Positions 29,694-39,528 of a DNA stretch of 64,000 nt are shown here, one piece after another (position 1 is the stretch's first letter; every line of letters starts with the position of its first letter). The stretch lies in contig CAVQKE010000003.1 of assembly GCA_963713045.1 (NCBI GenBank), positions 512,001-576,000 on the forward strand. The letters are read 5' to 3'. Made by a program: the position numbers and the translations under genes. Under the pieces are notes generated by a model. The model did not search any database. It saw only the letters and a program-made list of their open reading frames with translations, and had not been told where the DNA came from. This stretch comes from an uncultured delta proteobacterium. Its GTDB lineage: Bacteria; Myxococcota; Myxococcia; Myxococcales; Myxococcaceae.

Positions 29694-32291
29694 TTACGGG
29701 CCGTAGGTGTAGAGGCTGGTCCCCAGCGTCGCGGGGTAAATAGCGAGCTGGCTCGTTCCCGAGTTGGAGACGATGACGTTTTGATTGCCATCGACGGCGA
29801 GGCCTTCGGGAGAGTAGAGGCCAGTTGCCGTGTCGGCCGGGGTCGGACACCCGGTCCCCAAGATGCTGCTGAGGGCGTACCCGTCGGCAAGGGCACCGTA
29901 GTAGTAGCTGACGTACAGCTGCTCCGAGGCCAGCGACAGCGCGATGGCCGTCACTCCGCCGGTGCAGGTTGACCCGCCAGCGGGCGTTGACATTTGGGTG
30001 AGCGGCGTCTCGTAGGCCAAGACGTTGCCGGTGCTGAGGCCTACCAAGAGATACCCATGGCCGTTGAGGGGGTCGACGAAGAAGGCCAGCGCACCCGGTG
30101 CGGGGAAGGTGTGTCCGGCGTAGTCGCTCGTCAGGTTGAGGGAGAAGGTGTACCCCATGCTGGGGTCGGTCGAGGAGTTGGGCGTAAAGACGGTGATGGA
30201 GTTACCGCTGTTCTCGGCCACGTACACGTTGCCGGCCGTGTCGACGGCGACGCCCAAGGGGCCGTAGATGTGGCTGTCGGAAATGAGGGCGATTTGGGCG
30301 TTGCTGGCCTGCGTGTCATAGACGGCGACGTAGCCCTGGCTTCCCTGGTGCCCCCACGTCACGAAGAGGTAGCGCCCGGACGCGTCGAACGCGAGCCGAG
30401 TCGGCGCGACCAGCCCTGAGCCGGCGCTGGGCGTGATGACGGCGGACAGGCTGAGGGTGGGACTCGACGCGGTGCCTGCTTCGTTGAAGACGAGCACTTG
30501 GTTGTTGCCGTAGTTGGCCACGTAGAGTTGACCGTTCTCGAACGCAAGGCCGTTCTGGCCATTCAGCTTCGCCGGCGGTGCTACCGGCGCGCACGTCACC
30601 AGGACGTTCGTCCCCAGCCCAGAGATGGTGCCGGTGCCGTATGCCACCGTGCACTGCTCGCCCGCCGGTAGCCCCGTGCTGCTGAGGACAGTGACCGTGT
30701 AGCTGGCACCAAGACCGAGCTGCGCCGGCAGGGTGAAGGAGCCATTGGCCGACACGACGACTTGGTCCCCGTTGACCGAATCCCCAATGGTGATGCCGGC
30801 TCCGGCCGGCAGCCCAGAGACCGTCCCATCCACGGTGTAGGTGGCGGGGGTGCAATCGACGACGATGGGGCCGAGGGAGTTGTTCTGGTTGCCATTGCTG
30901 GCAAGGCTGATGAAGGCGGTGGTGCTCGGGCTAAAGGTGCAGTTGACTCCCTGGATGAGGTTCGGCTCGAGCTCCATGATTCCCTTGTTGCCCCCGCAGT
31001 CGTTCGCATAGTCGTAGTTGGGAGACCCAGCGTAGCTTCCCGACTGGGGCGCGGTGGCATCGATGTTAAACGAAACGTTGGTCAGCGCTCCGCTTCCCGG
31101 CGCTCTTCCCCCCGCCCGAAAGACGTGTTGTCCCGAGTAGATGTCGTCCCCGCAGGTGAGGCTGATTTGCATGGCGAGGAACACACCGGCCGGCCCGGTG
31201 TAGTCGATGACTGCGCTGTAGCAATAGAAGGCGCTGGCGCTGGTGCACGGTGGCGGTGGCGGGGGCAGCCCCGAGAGTCCACCCGCTTGACCGGCGGACT
31301 GCGGGGCCTTGCAGACGTTCTTGGCGGAGGCCACGAAGGCCTGAATCGCCGTTTCGAGCGACTGCCCAAGGCTCGTTCCCTCGATTTGCGCGAGGTTGAT
31401 GGTGGTGTTGCCGATGGTGATTGAGGAACCGCCGGCCAACAGGCCAGTCGGGACGCCGGCGTTGGAGCTGAAGTCCAGGATGATGGCGTTCGTCAGGTCA
31501 ATGGTCGAGACCCCGTACTGCTGGGCCAGCTGAGCGATGCCCGCGAAGATGAGGGAAGCGTCGAAGTTCTCCTGGGTGGTCGTTGCGCCCCCGCAGTTGG
31601 CGTTGGTCAAGTCGAGGAGCGCCGTGGTGTCGAGGTTCTGTACGCCAAAATAATTCTGGACCAACGTGTTCGCGGCCGACGCGGCGCTCGCGGCGCTGAC
31701 GCCCTGCGCCATGTTCTCCAGCGCGAGGTTCGCGGCAATGGTGGTCAGGGCTGTCAGCTGTGCCGTCTGGGGCCCCGAGTTGGCCGTCACCGAAGGGAGG
31801 AAAGACGACAGGATGACCCCGGCGGGAACGGGTTGTGTCTGTCCGGTCACCGTGTCGGTGTAGCTGCCGCCGGTGCTTTCAAGAAGCACCGCACCGCTGT
31901 AGCTGCCGAGGTTGATGGTGTAGTTGCCGTTGTTGTCGCTCGTCGCGGTGGCGCAGGTCGACGGCGTCGTCGCGGGGGTCGCCGGGACGCACATTTCTTT
32001 CTGTCCCAAGGAATTCACTTCGTAGGCTGTAATCGTCGCGTTGATGACGAAGGCGTCCACCACCGCGCCGCTGACTTTCGTTGCGTTCGACGAGGGCGTG
32101 GGGTTGGGGCTGGTGGAACTGCAGGCCGCGAGGCCAAGGACGAGGGCAATCGCCGGAGAGAAGGCCCCCCCAAGCGCCCAGACATGCTGCTCTGGATGCG
32201 CGCCCTTCGACTCGAAGGGTGGGAGGGCAGTTCCTCCGTGGATTTGCCCCGACTCGCCCCGTTGGTTGCGACTGCCAAACACTGTCGTCAT
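29694..32291 (-). CDS. large secreted lipoprotein with Ig-like domains and a C-terminal NHL-like beta-propeller (start uncertain)
   Basis: Lipobox LAAC; T/S/G/N-rich; TYTVDGTVSGL...CTV..GTG...VTC module; repeats such as GPLGVAVDTAGNVYVA and PEGLAVDGNQNVIVSN. Confidence 0.75.
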   Translation of the reverse strand: MTTVFGSRNQRGESGQIHGGTALPPFESKGAHPEQHVWALGGAFSPAIALVLGLAACSSTSPNPTPSSNATKVSGAVVDAFVINATITAYEVNSLGQKEMCVPATPATTPSTCATATSDNNGNYTINLGSYSGAVLLESTGGSYTDTVTGQTQPVPAGVILSSFLPSVTANSGPQTAQLTALTTIAANLALENMAQGVSAASAASAANTLVQNYFGVQNLDTTALLDLTNANCGGATTTQENFDASLIFAGIAQLAQQYGVSTIDLTNAIILDFSSNAGVPTGLLAGGSSITIGNTTINLAQIEGTSLGQSLETAIQAFVASAKNVCKAPQSAGQAGGLSGLPPPPPPCTSASAFYCYSAVIDYTGPAGVFLAMQISLTCGDDIYSGQHVFRAGGRAPGSGALTNVSFNIDATAPQSGSYAGSPNYDYANDCGGNKGIMELEPNLIQGVNCTFSPSTTAFISLASNGNQNNSLGPIVVDCTPATYTVDGTVSGLPAGAGITIGDSVNGDQVVVSANGSFTLPAQLGLGASYTVTVLSSTGLPAGEQCTVAYGTGTISGLGTNVLVTCAPVAPPAKLNGQNGLAFENGQLYVANYGNNQVLVFNEAGTASSPTLSLSAVITPSAGSGLVAPTRLAFDASGRYLFVTWGHQGSQGYVAVYDTQASNAQIALISDSHIYGPLGVAVDTAGNVYVAENSGNSITVFTPNSSTDPSMGYTFSLNLTSDYAGHTFPAPGALAFFVDPLNGHGYLLVGLSTGNVLAYETPLTQMSTPAGGSTCTGGVTAIALSLASEQLYVSYYYGALADGYALSSILGTGCPTPADTATGLYSPEGLAVDGNQNVIVSNSGTSQLAIYPATLGTSLYTYGP

Positions 32292-32488
32292 CAATGACCC
32301 CCCGCTTCGGAACGACGTCGCCGACACCGGCGACGGTTTCTCTTCCACCGGACTACACGCTCGAGCGGTGCGTTTCCCCTCAGTCACAGCGTCGAGCGGA
32401 TGACTCGGCCGGTGCCGGGGGAGGGTCCGACAGCCGAATTCGAGTCAATTCAAGCCGTTGTTGTCGAGGGGGGGCAGCCGTGCTGCAG

Positions 32489-33454
32489 TCAGCCGACGCG
32501 CAGCACCAGGTGGCCCACGGTGCGGCCCTCTTCCAGCGCGCGGTGGGCCGTCGCCACCTCTTCCAGCGGTAGGCGCAGGCCCAGCATGCAGCTGAGGGTG
32601 CCCGCCGCCACGTCACTCACCAACTCCTGAAGGGCCGAGCGGTTGGCGCCCTGAGGAAGCGGGGCAGCGAGCGAGAAGGCACTTACCTTGAGGGCGTGCG
32701 GGTAGAGTTTCTCCACGGCTACCTGCGCGGGTTGCCGGGCAAAGCCTCCAAAAAACACGAGGTGACCGAAGGGCGCGAGGCAGCGCAGGCTGGCTTCGAC
32801 CGTTGTGCGCCCCACCCCGTCGAGCAACAGATGGACGCCGCCGCCACCGTTGAGGGCGCGCACCGTCGAAGCCAAGTCGTCTGGTGACACCAGCACCGCG
32901 TCCGCGCCCAACTGTCGGGCGACGTCTGCGCCTTCCTGGGAGGTGGCGGTGCCAAGCACACGCGCCCCTGTGGCCTTGGCCAGCTGGAGGACGAAGAGTC
33001 CGACGTCTCCAGCAATGTCCTGTACCAGCACCGTCGTGTCTTCCGTGACGTGCTCCACGGTATGCAGGAGGTGGTAGGCGGTGAGGCCCGGAAAGGGCAA
33101 CACCGCAGCCACTTCAAAGTCCACCGCTTCGGGTAACACCACCACGTCCGCCGCAGGCAGCCGCACCAACTCAGCCTGAGAGGCAGGCGCGAGGCCCACC
33201 GCCCGCAGCCCCCGCAGCGCAGGGTTGACGCCGAGGCCCACTGCGGCAATGACGCCCGCCGCTGCGGTGCCGAGGATGGCGGGTAGGGCCAGCGGATTCA
33301 GGGTGTGTCCGCTTCTCTCCCGGGCGTCTTCGGCATGCACCCCCGCTGCACGGACACGCAGAAGCACCTCGCCCGGCCCGGGTTTCGGCTCCGGGACGTC
33401 ATCCAGCCGCAGCACTTCTGGCCCACCATGCCGGTCAATGCGAACGGCTTTCAT
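32489..33454 (-). CDS. quinone oxidoreductase / zeta-crystallin-like MDR family protein
   Basis: MKAVRIDRHGGPEVL, P.PGPGEVLLRV, GLTAYHLL, DGVG, AHRALE. Confidence 0.85.
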   Translation of the reverse strand: MKAVRIDRHGGPEVLRLDDVPEPKPGPGEVLLRVRAAGVHAEDARERSGHTLNPLALPAILGTAAAGVIAAVGLGVNPALRGLRAVGLAPASQAELVRLPAADVVVLPEAVDFEVAAVLPFPGLTAYHLLHTVEHVTEDTTVLVQDIAGDVGLFVLQLAKATGARVLGTATSQEGADVARQLGADAVLVSPDDLASTVRALNGGGGVHLLLDGVGRTTVEASLRCLAPFGHLVFFGGFARQPAQVAVEKLYPHALKVSAFSLAAPLPQGANRSALQELVSDVAAGTLSCMLGLRLPLEEVATAHRALEEGRTVGHLVLRVG

Positions 33455-33583
33455 GGAACCCCGGGGCCCGGGCGGCCCCCGTGAAAACTGCCGGCCTTGT
33501 ACCTGTCCACGTCCGACAATCGCTGGTGCGCAGCCCACTGGCTGATGGGTGCGCGCATCCCTTTCAAGCGCGGTGCCCCGACT

Positions 33584-34414
33584 TCAAGTGCGCGAAGGGT
33601 AAACGCCGAAGATACAGATGGAATAGGTGAGGCCGTTCGGTGCGGCGCCGCGCAGGTCGGGGAGGGCAAAGGTGGTCGTCCCGTTGCCACCGTACAGCGT
33701 CCCCAACAGGGAGAACACTGCCGTGTACTGGCTGATGGGCAACACCTGCCCCTGCGCCGGCAGCCCGTTCGCGACGCTACCCGCGGTGAGAATGATTTCC
33801 CCAAGCGTGCAGGTCGTTCCATTTCCCTCCGCGGCCATGCTTGTGTTGTTGCCGAAGCGCGGGTCGGGCCCGGGCGGACCCGCTGGACCCTGTGCCCCAG
33901 CCGGGCCCTGCGGCCCGGGCAAGCCAGTGGCCCCTGCCGGGCCAGCTGGGCCCGCCGCGCCGGCTGAGCCCTGAGGCCCTGGGGGTCCCTGAGGCCCCGT
34001 CGCACCCATCGCGCCCACAGCTCCGGGAGGGCCCGCCGGCCCTGGTGGCCCCGCAGGGCCAGGGGAGCCAAGTCCGCCCACCGAAATGATGAAGTCCAGC
34101 GATTGTCCGTCCGCGGTGGCCAGCGTCAGCAGGTAGCTCCCTGCCTCGGTGCCCGACGGCACGTCAATCACCACCACCGTCGGTGACCAAGACGCGACGG
34201 TGGCAGACGCTGCACCGAAGCGTACCGTCCCGGTGCGCCGCCCGAAGTTGTCGCCGGTGATGAAGGCCTGCGTCAGGCCAGCGTTCGCGTCGGCGCTGAA
34301 AATAATTGGCTCGCGCCGACCGCCGAAAACGGGATGGTCGTCATCCGCAGCGGCCGAGACCGGTCCGAGTGCGACCAGAAGAAACACAAGACACGTCAAT
34401 TTCTTGTTGGGCAT
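33584..34414 (-). CDS. secreted IPT/TIG + collagen triple-helix + phage-tail-collar domain protein
   Basis: Signal peptide; ITGDNFG..GTVRFG..SWS (IPT); 24 Gly-X-Y triplets; [39 protein letters not shown] collar motif. Confidence 0.85.
   Translation of the reverse strand: MPNKKLTCLVFLLVALGPVSAAADDDHPVFGGRREPIIFSADANAGLTQAFITGDNFGRRTGTVRFGAASATVASWSPTVVVIDVPSGTEAGSYLLTLATADGQSLDFIISVGGLGSPGPAGPPGPAGPPGAVGAMGATGPQGPPGPQGSAGAAGPAGPAGATGLPGPQGPAGAQGPAGPPGPDPRFGNNTSMAAEGNGTTCTLGEIILTAGSVANGLPAQGQVLPISQYTAVFSLLGTLYGGNGTTTFALPDLRGAAPNGLTYSICIFGVYPSRT
33860..34075 (-). repeat. collagen-like (Gly-X-Y)24 coding repeat
   Basis: Uninterrupted [12 protein letters not shown] ... GPD triplets. Confidence 0.9.
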
Positions 34415-34610
34415 GCGCCCCCCTTTGGTTGCAAGCAGCCTTTGCGCGACCCCTCAGCCTTGTGGCTTCGAGGCACAGCGGTCAAGCCGCGCCGCCCCAA
34501 CACCCTCTGCCGTCCGTCCCCATTTGGAACGGACAAGGGCTGAAGGAAACCCCGCTTGGGAAACCACCGGCCCAAGGGGAACCACCCCCTCACACCCCAG
34601 GCCCCAGACG

Positions 34611-35813
34611 CTAGGCGTCGCGCTCGGTGAATTCGGCACTCACCTCCTGCAGCTCACGCGCGCTGATGCCGAGCAGGTACAGAATGGCATCCAGGCCGCC
34701 CGCGGTGATGGACGTGTCTGCCGCCTCGCGCAGCTTCCACTTCGCGTGGAAGGCGATGCCCAGGCCGGCCCGTTCAAGCATCAGCAAGTCATTGGCTCCA
34801 TCGCCGACGGCGATGACTTGGTCGAGCAGCACGCCTTCGGCCTGGGCGATGGTTTCGAGGAGTTCGGCCTTTCGACGGGCGTTGACCAGGGGGCCCACCA
34901 CGCGGCCCGTCAGCTTGCCGTTGGCCACTTCCAGGGTGTTGGCATAGGCGTAGTCCAGGCCGAGCCGTGCTTTCAGGGCGTCCGCGGCGATGGAGAAGCC
35001 GCCGGAAATGACAGCGATGTGATAGCCGAGCCGCTTCAGCACCCGCACCATGGTTTCTGCGCCTTCGGTCAGAGGCAGCTCCGCTGCCAGCCGCCGTAGG
35101 ACGGCGACGTCGAGGCCCTCCAGCAACTTCAGCCGCTGGCGGAGAGAGTCGTCGAAGTCCAACTCCCCCTGCATGGCGCGCTCGGTAATGGCCCGCACTT
35201 TGTCCGCCACCCCGGCCGCGCGGGCCAACTCATCAATGACTTCAATGCGGATGAGGGTACTGTCCATGTCCATCACCACCAGCCGCTTACTCCTGCGGAA
35301 GATTCCTTCGCGCTGCAGCGCGACGTCGAAGGTCCCCCGCATGGCCAACTCGAGCAGCGCGCGCTTCAGCGGCTCCGGGTCCTGCCCGGACGGCAGTCCC
35401 AGTTGGATTTCCACCGAGCCAAGCGCACCCTGAGACAGCCGTTGGATTCTCTCGATGTTGGCGCCGTATGCGGCCAGCGCCGAGGACACCTGGAAAAGCT
35501 CCCGGGCGCCCAGCTGAGGCCCGATGGCGGTGGCGACGTAGCGCTGCGCCGGAGGCTCAGCGCTGGTGTGGGCGTCCACGGGCTCGAAGTCCAGCTCCAC
35601 CCCGAGGGACTTAGCGGCGAAGAGCAACTCCTTGAGGAGGCCCCGGTCCGCCTTCAAGGCCACCAGCAGGGCCAGTGTCAGCTGCCCCTGCACCACCACC
35701 TGCTCAATGTCCAAAAGCTGCGCCTCGGCCTCAGCAATGAGGCCGGTCAGACGCGCGGTGATGCCGGGGTGGTCCGGGCCAGTGACGGTGATGAGGACGT
35801 GGGTCTGGGTCAT
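34611..35813 (-). CDS. serB: phosphoserine phosphatase with ACT domains
   Basis: LITVTGPDHPG (ACT), DMDSTL, SGGF, GDGANDL. Confidence 0.95.
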   Translation of the reverse strand: MTQTHVLITVTGPDHPGITARLTGLIAEAEAQLLDIEQVVVQGQLTLALLVALKADRGLLKELLFAAKSLGVELDFEPVDAHTSAEPPAQRYVATAIGPQLGARELFQVSSALAAYGANIERIQRLSQGALGSVEIQLGLPSGQDPEPLKRALLELAMRGTFDVALQREGIFRRSKRLVVMDMDSTLIRIEVIDELARAAGVADKVRAITERAMQGELDFDDSLRQRLKLLEGLDVAVLRRLAAELPLTEGAETMVRVLKRLGYHIAVISGGFSIAADALKARLGLDYAYANTLEVANGKLTGRVVGPLVNARRKAELLETIAQAEGVLLDQVIAVGDGANDLLMLERAGLGIAFHAKWKLREAADTSITAGGLDAILYLLGISARELQEVSAEFTERDA

Positions 35814-35908
35814 GGGAGGCGCCGGGGGCCATAGCAGCGGGGCCACGGCGCGTCGAGTCGGGGCACGGCCCTCTTGCGCCGGGGCCGCTGGTCGGGTGAG
35901 GGTCGCTC

Positions 35909-36655
35909 ATGGTGGACGTCGCGACGCGGCTGGGGCCACTCGAGGCCCGGGTGGTCCAAGCCGATGTGAAGGTGCGCCCGGAGTTGGCGGTGGTGCTGTG
36001 CCACGGCTTCGGCGCCTCAGGGACGGACCTGGTGCCGCTCGCCTCGGACCTTCTCGCCCGCGCCCCGGCGCTGGGCAGCCGCGTCCGTTTCGTCTTTCCT
36101 GTGGGCCCGGTGGCGCTGCCGGAATTTGGAGGAGGCGACGCTCGGGCCTGGTGGCCCATTGACTGGGAGGCCAACCTCGCCCTGCGCGCCGCGGGCGCCG
36201 CTGGCCAAGCGAAGCTGCGAGGACATGTCCCGGACGGCTTGGCGCAGGCCCGCCGCCAGCTTGCTGCCTGCCTCGAGGATGTGTCCAACACGTCCGGGCT
36301 GGGTGCTGGCCGGGTGGTGCTTGGCGGCTTCAGCCAGGGGGCGATGGTGACCACCGACCTCGCCCTTCGCCAGGACGAGGCGCCGGCGGCCCTGGTCATT
36401 CTGTCCGGCACGCTGACCGCCGAGGCGGAGTGGCGCAGCCGCGCGCCGCGCCGCAAGGGCCTCCGGGTGCTTCAGTCGCACGGGCGGCAGGACCCCATTC
36501 TCCCCTTCGCCGGTGCCGTGGCGTTGCGCGACTTGCTCCAGGACGCCGGCCTGATGGTGGACTTTTTGCCCTTTGACGGGCCGCACACCATTCCCGAGGA
36601 GGCGCTGCAGCACCTGAGCGCCCTCCTCATTTCACTGTTACCGCCCAAGCCATGA
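35909..36655 (+). CDS. phospholipase/carboxylesterase (alpha/beta hydrolase)
   Basis: CHGFG, AWW, GFSQG, HG..DPIL, GPHTI. Confidence 0.88.
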   Translation: MVDVATRLGPLEARVVQADVKVRPELAVVLCHGFGASGTDLVPLASDLLARAPALGSRVRFVFPVGPVALPEFGGGDARAWWPIDWEANLALRAAGAAGQAKLRGHVPDGLAQARRQLAACLEDVSNTSGLGAGRVVLGGFSQGAMVTTDLALRQDEAPAALVILSGTLTAEAEWRSRAPRRKGLRVLQSHGRQDPILPFAGAVALRDLLQDAGLMVDFLPFDGPHTIPEEALQHLSALLISLLPPKP

Positions 36656-37494
36656 CCGACCGCCTTCGCCGCTTCACCGGGACCGCCAGCTACCTCACCA
36701 GCCCTGCCCTGCAGGCAGCGGTGAATTGCGCGCTCGCCCTGGAGCGGCCTCTGTTGGTGAAGGGAGAACCGGGGACGGGCAAGACGCTGCTGGCCGACGC
36801 CATCGCCAGCGCGCTCGGCGCGAAGCTTTGGACTTGGAATGTGAAGAGCACCACCCGGGCCCAGGACGGGCTGTACGTCTACGACACCGTGCAGCGCCTC
36901 TACGACAGCCGCTTCGGAGACGGCGACGTGCGCGACATCCGGCGCTACATCCGTTTCGGGCCACTGGGGGAGGCCTTCCGAAGCCCCGAGCGGGTGGTGC
37001 TGCTCATCGACGAGGTGGACAAAGCCGACCTCGAATTTCCCAACGACTTGCTTCATGAGTTGGACCGCATGCGGTTCCGAATTCTGGAGACGGACGAGGA
37101 GGTGGAGGCCAGGGCGCGACCGGTGGTGGTGGTGACCAGCAACAATGAGAAAGAGTTGCCCGACGCCTTCCTCCGCCGCTGCGTCTTCCACTTCATCGAC
37201 TTCCCGGAACGCGAGTTGATGGAGCGCATTGTCCGGGTCCACCACCCGAAGCTGGAGGAGGCACTCGCCCAGCAAGCCCTCGACGTCTTCTACCAGCTGC
37301 GGGATTTGACGCGTCTGCGCAAGCGTCCGAGCACCAGCGAACTGGTCGATTGGCTGGCGGTTCTCAAATCCGCCGGAGTGAAGGAACTCAAACTGGACGA
37401 GGCGCTTCCCTTCGTCGGCGCCCTGTTGAAGCGTGAGCAGGACCTCCTCGTCTTTCACGAGTCCCTGGCCGCCGGGCGCCGGCCCCGGGCCTGA
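36652..37494 (+). CDS. MoxR-family AAA+ ATPase (CoxD-related clade)
   Basis: GEPGTGKT, LLIDEVDKAD.EFPNDLL, TSNNEKELPDAFLRRC, PSTSEL.DW. Confidence 0.93.
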   Translation: MTDRLRRFTGTASYLTSPALQAAVNCALALERPLLVKGEPGTGKTLLADAIASALGAKLWTWNVKSTTRAQDGLYVYDTVQRLYDSRFGDGDVRDIRRYIRFGPLGEAFRSPERVVLLIDEVDKADLEFPNDLLHELDRMRFRILETDEEVEARARPVVVVTSNNEKELPDAFLRRCVFHFIDFPERELMERIVRVHHPKLEEALAQQALDVFYQLRDLTRLRKRPSTSELVDWLAVLKSAGVKELKLDEALPFVGALLKREQDLLVFHESLAAGRRPRA

Positions 37495-37501
37495 CGTCCC
37501 C

Positions 37502-38710
37502 ATGTTTGTCGGCTTTCTCTATGAGCTTCGCCGCCGGAAGGTGCCGGTGGGGACGCAGGAAGCGGTGGCGCTCGCTCAGGCGCTGGAAGCCGGACTGCAC
37601 GACAGCTCGCTCGATGGCTTTTATGACGTAGCGCGCTCACTGCTGGTCCACAGCGAGGCCCACCTCGACGCATTTGACCAGGCCTTCCTGGCGCACTTCC
37701 AAGGCATCGAAGACAGCGGCGCGGCGCTGGCGGAGGAACTGCTCGGCTGGCTGGCGGAGGCCGCCGCAAAAGACGCCGCGGAACGAACGCCCGAAGAGGT
37801 GGAGGCGCTGGCGGTCCTTGAGCCCGAGGCGCTCCGCCGCCTCTTCGAGACGCGGATGCGCGAGCAGGAGCGCCGCGCCAGGGAGGGACAGGGGCCGGAG
37901 GGCGCAGGGCGAGGCGGCCGGCGCGGGGCTGGGCCGAAGGCCAATGGCGCAGAGGCGTCCGACGGCGAGGGCGGCCTTCGAGGAGCACTGAAGACGGCCG
38001 ACGCTCGGCTGTACCGCGGCTACCGAGACGACCGTGTCTTGGACACCCGCTCCCTGGCGATGGCGCTGCGCAAGCTGCGGGCCTTCCAGCGGGAAGGGGC
38101 CTTCGAGGAGTTGGACTTGCCCGCCACCATCGACGCCACCGCTCGCAACGCGGGCGAGCTGGAAGTCATCCTCCGCCCACCGCGCAAGCCCAGCACCCGC
38201 GTCCTTCTGCTGATGGACGTGGGCGGCTCGATGACCCCGCACGCCCATCTGGTGAACCGACTCTTCAGCGCCGCCCGGAAGGCAACCCACTCTCGTGAGC
38301 TACGCACGCATTACTTCCACAACTGCGTCTACGGCAGGGTGTACCGTACCGAGGGCTTCGCGGAGCCAGTCCCGGTGCCCGAGCTGCTCGCCGACTGCGG
38401 CCCCCACTGGAAACTGGTGCTGGTGGGGGATGCGTTGATGGCACCCTATGAATTGATGCTGCGCTCGGGGGCGCAGGGGCACTACTCCCCGGACGGCATG
38501 GAGGGCATCGTCTGGATGATGCAGCTGCAGCAGCACTTTGAGCGGAGCGCGTGGCTCAACCCGGAGCCTCCGGCCAGCTGGTGGTCGCCCACCATCCGGA
38601 CGCTGCGAAGCCTGTTCCCGATGTTTCCCCTCACCGTGGAGGGCCTCGGAGAGGCGGTGGCCCAGCTGACGCGCGGCGGGGTGCGCAAAGGCCCCACCGT
38701 CCGTCGCTAG
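37502..38710 (+). CDS. VWA-domain protein (CoxE-like), partner of the MoxR ATPase
   Basis: MIDAS-like DVGGSM, FHNCVY, VGDA.M.PYEL, WLNP. Confidence 0.9.
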   Translation: MFVGFLYELRRRKVPVGTQEAVALAQALEAGLHDSSLDGFYDVARSLLVHSEAHLDAFDQAFLAHFQGIEDSGAALAEELLGWLAEAAAKDAAERTPEEVEALAVLEPEALRRLFETRMREQERRAREGQGPEGAGRGGRRGAGPKANGAEASDGEGGLRGALKTADARLYRGYRDDRVLDTRSLAMALRKLRAFQREGAFEELDLPATIDATARNAGELEVILRPPRKPSTRVLLLMDVGGSMTPHAHLVNRLFSAARKATHSRELRTHYFHNCVYGRVYRTEGFAEPVPVPELLADCGPHWKLVLVGDALMAPYELMLRSGAQGHYSPDGMEGIVWMMQLQQHFERSAWLNPEPPASWWSPTIRTLRSLFPMFPLTVEGLGEAVAQLTRGGVRKGPTVRR

Positions 38711-38793
38711 CCTCCCTGGGCGCAGCCGCGTTCTGGCCTCAGGCCGAGGGGGGACTCGCCTGTCTGGCGCTTTGGGTAGGCTAGCGGCCGCGC

Positions 38794-39528
38794 ATGGCGC
38801 TCGAACGGCTGCCGCTGGACGACCGGAGCTGGCTTTTGGTGCTGACCGGTGCGGGCGTCTCCGCCGAAAGCGGCGTCCCCACCTTTCGCGGCATTGACGG
38901 GCTGTGGCGCAGCATTCCGGTGGAAGAGGTGGCCTCGCCGGAGGGCTTCGCCTTGGACCCGGCGCGGGTGTGGGAATTCTATTCCGAGCGACGCGCTCGG
39001 GCCGGCGAGGTGGAGCCCAATGCAGGCCACATCGCGCTGGCCCAGGCCGAGGCGCGCCTTCTGGACCGCTTCCTCCTGGTCACCCAAAACGTGGACGGGC
39101 TGCACCGCCGGGCCGGAAGTCGCCGGTTGGTGGAGCTGCACGGCAACCTCTTCACCAGCCGCTGCAGCAAGTGCACCCGTCCACCGTTTGCCGACGCCAC
39201 CGTCTACCCGGCCGGCACGGTGCCCAGCTGTGACGTTTGCGGCGCGCGGCTGCGCCCGGACATTGTCTGGTTCGGGGAAATGCTGGAGGAGCGAAACCTG
39301 GCCACCATCGAGGCCTTTTTGGCCGAGGCCCAGGGCGCGCCCCTGTACTTCGTCGCCGCCGGCACTTCCGGTGCGGTGTACCCGGCGGCGGGGCTGGTGG
39401 ACGTCGCGCGGCGCGCGGGGGCGAAGAGTTGGCTGGTGAATGTCGACGCCGCGGACAATGCGCAGGCGTTTGACACCGTACTCCGGGGCAAAAGCGGTGA
39501 ACTGCTGCCCCGGCTTCTCGGCGACTAG
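38794..39528 (+). CDS. cobB: NAD-dependent protein deacylase (sirtuin)
   Basis: TGAGVSAESGVPTFRG, TQNVDGLH, LHG, two CxxC, RPDIVWFGE, GTSG.VYPAA. Confidence 0.93.
   Translation: MALERLPLDDRSWLLVLTGAGVSAESGVPTFRGIDGLWRSIPVEEVASPEGFALDPARVWEFYSERRARAGEVEPNAGHIALAQAEARLLDRFLLVTQNVDGLHRRAGSRRLVELHGNLFTSRCSKCTRPPFADATVYPAGTVPSCDVCGARLRPDIVWFGEMLEERNLATIEAFLAEAQGAPLYFVAAGTSGAVYPAAGLVDVARRAGAKSWLVNVDAADNAQAFDTVLRGKSGELLPRLLGD

Noticed and set aside
33584..33860. Tail-collar domain as evidence of a prophage
   Set aside because: No capsid, terminase, integrase or other tail genes; the protein has a signal peptide
34545..34588. Three GGRAACC-like direct repeats upstream of the collagen gene
   Set aside because: Short, imperfect and irregularly spaced; cannot be separated from chance
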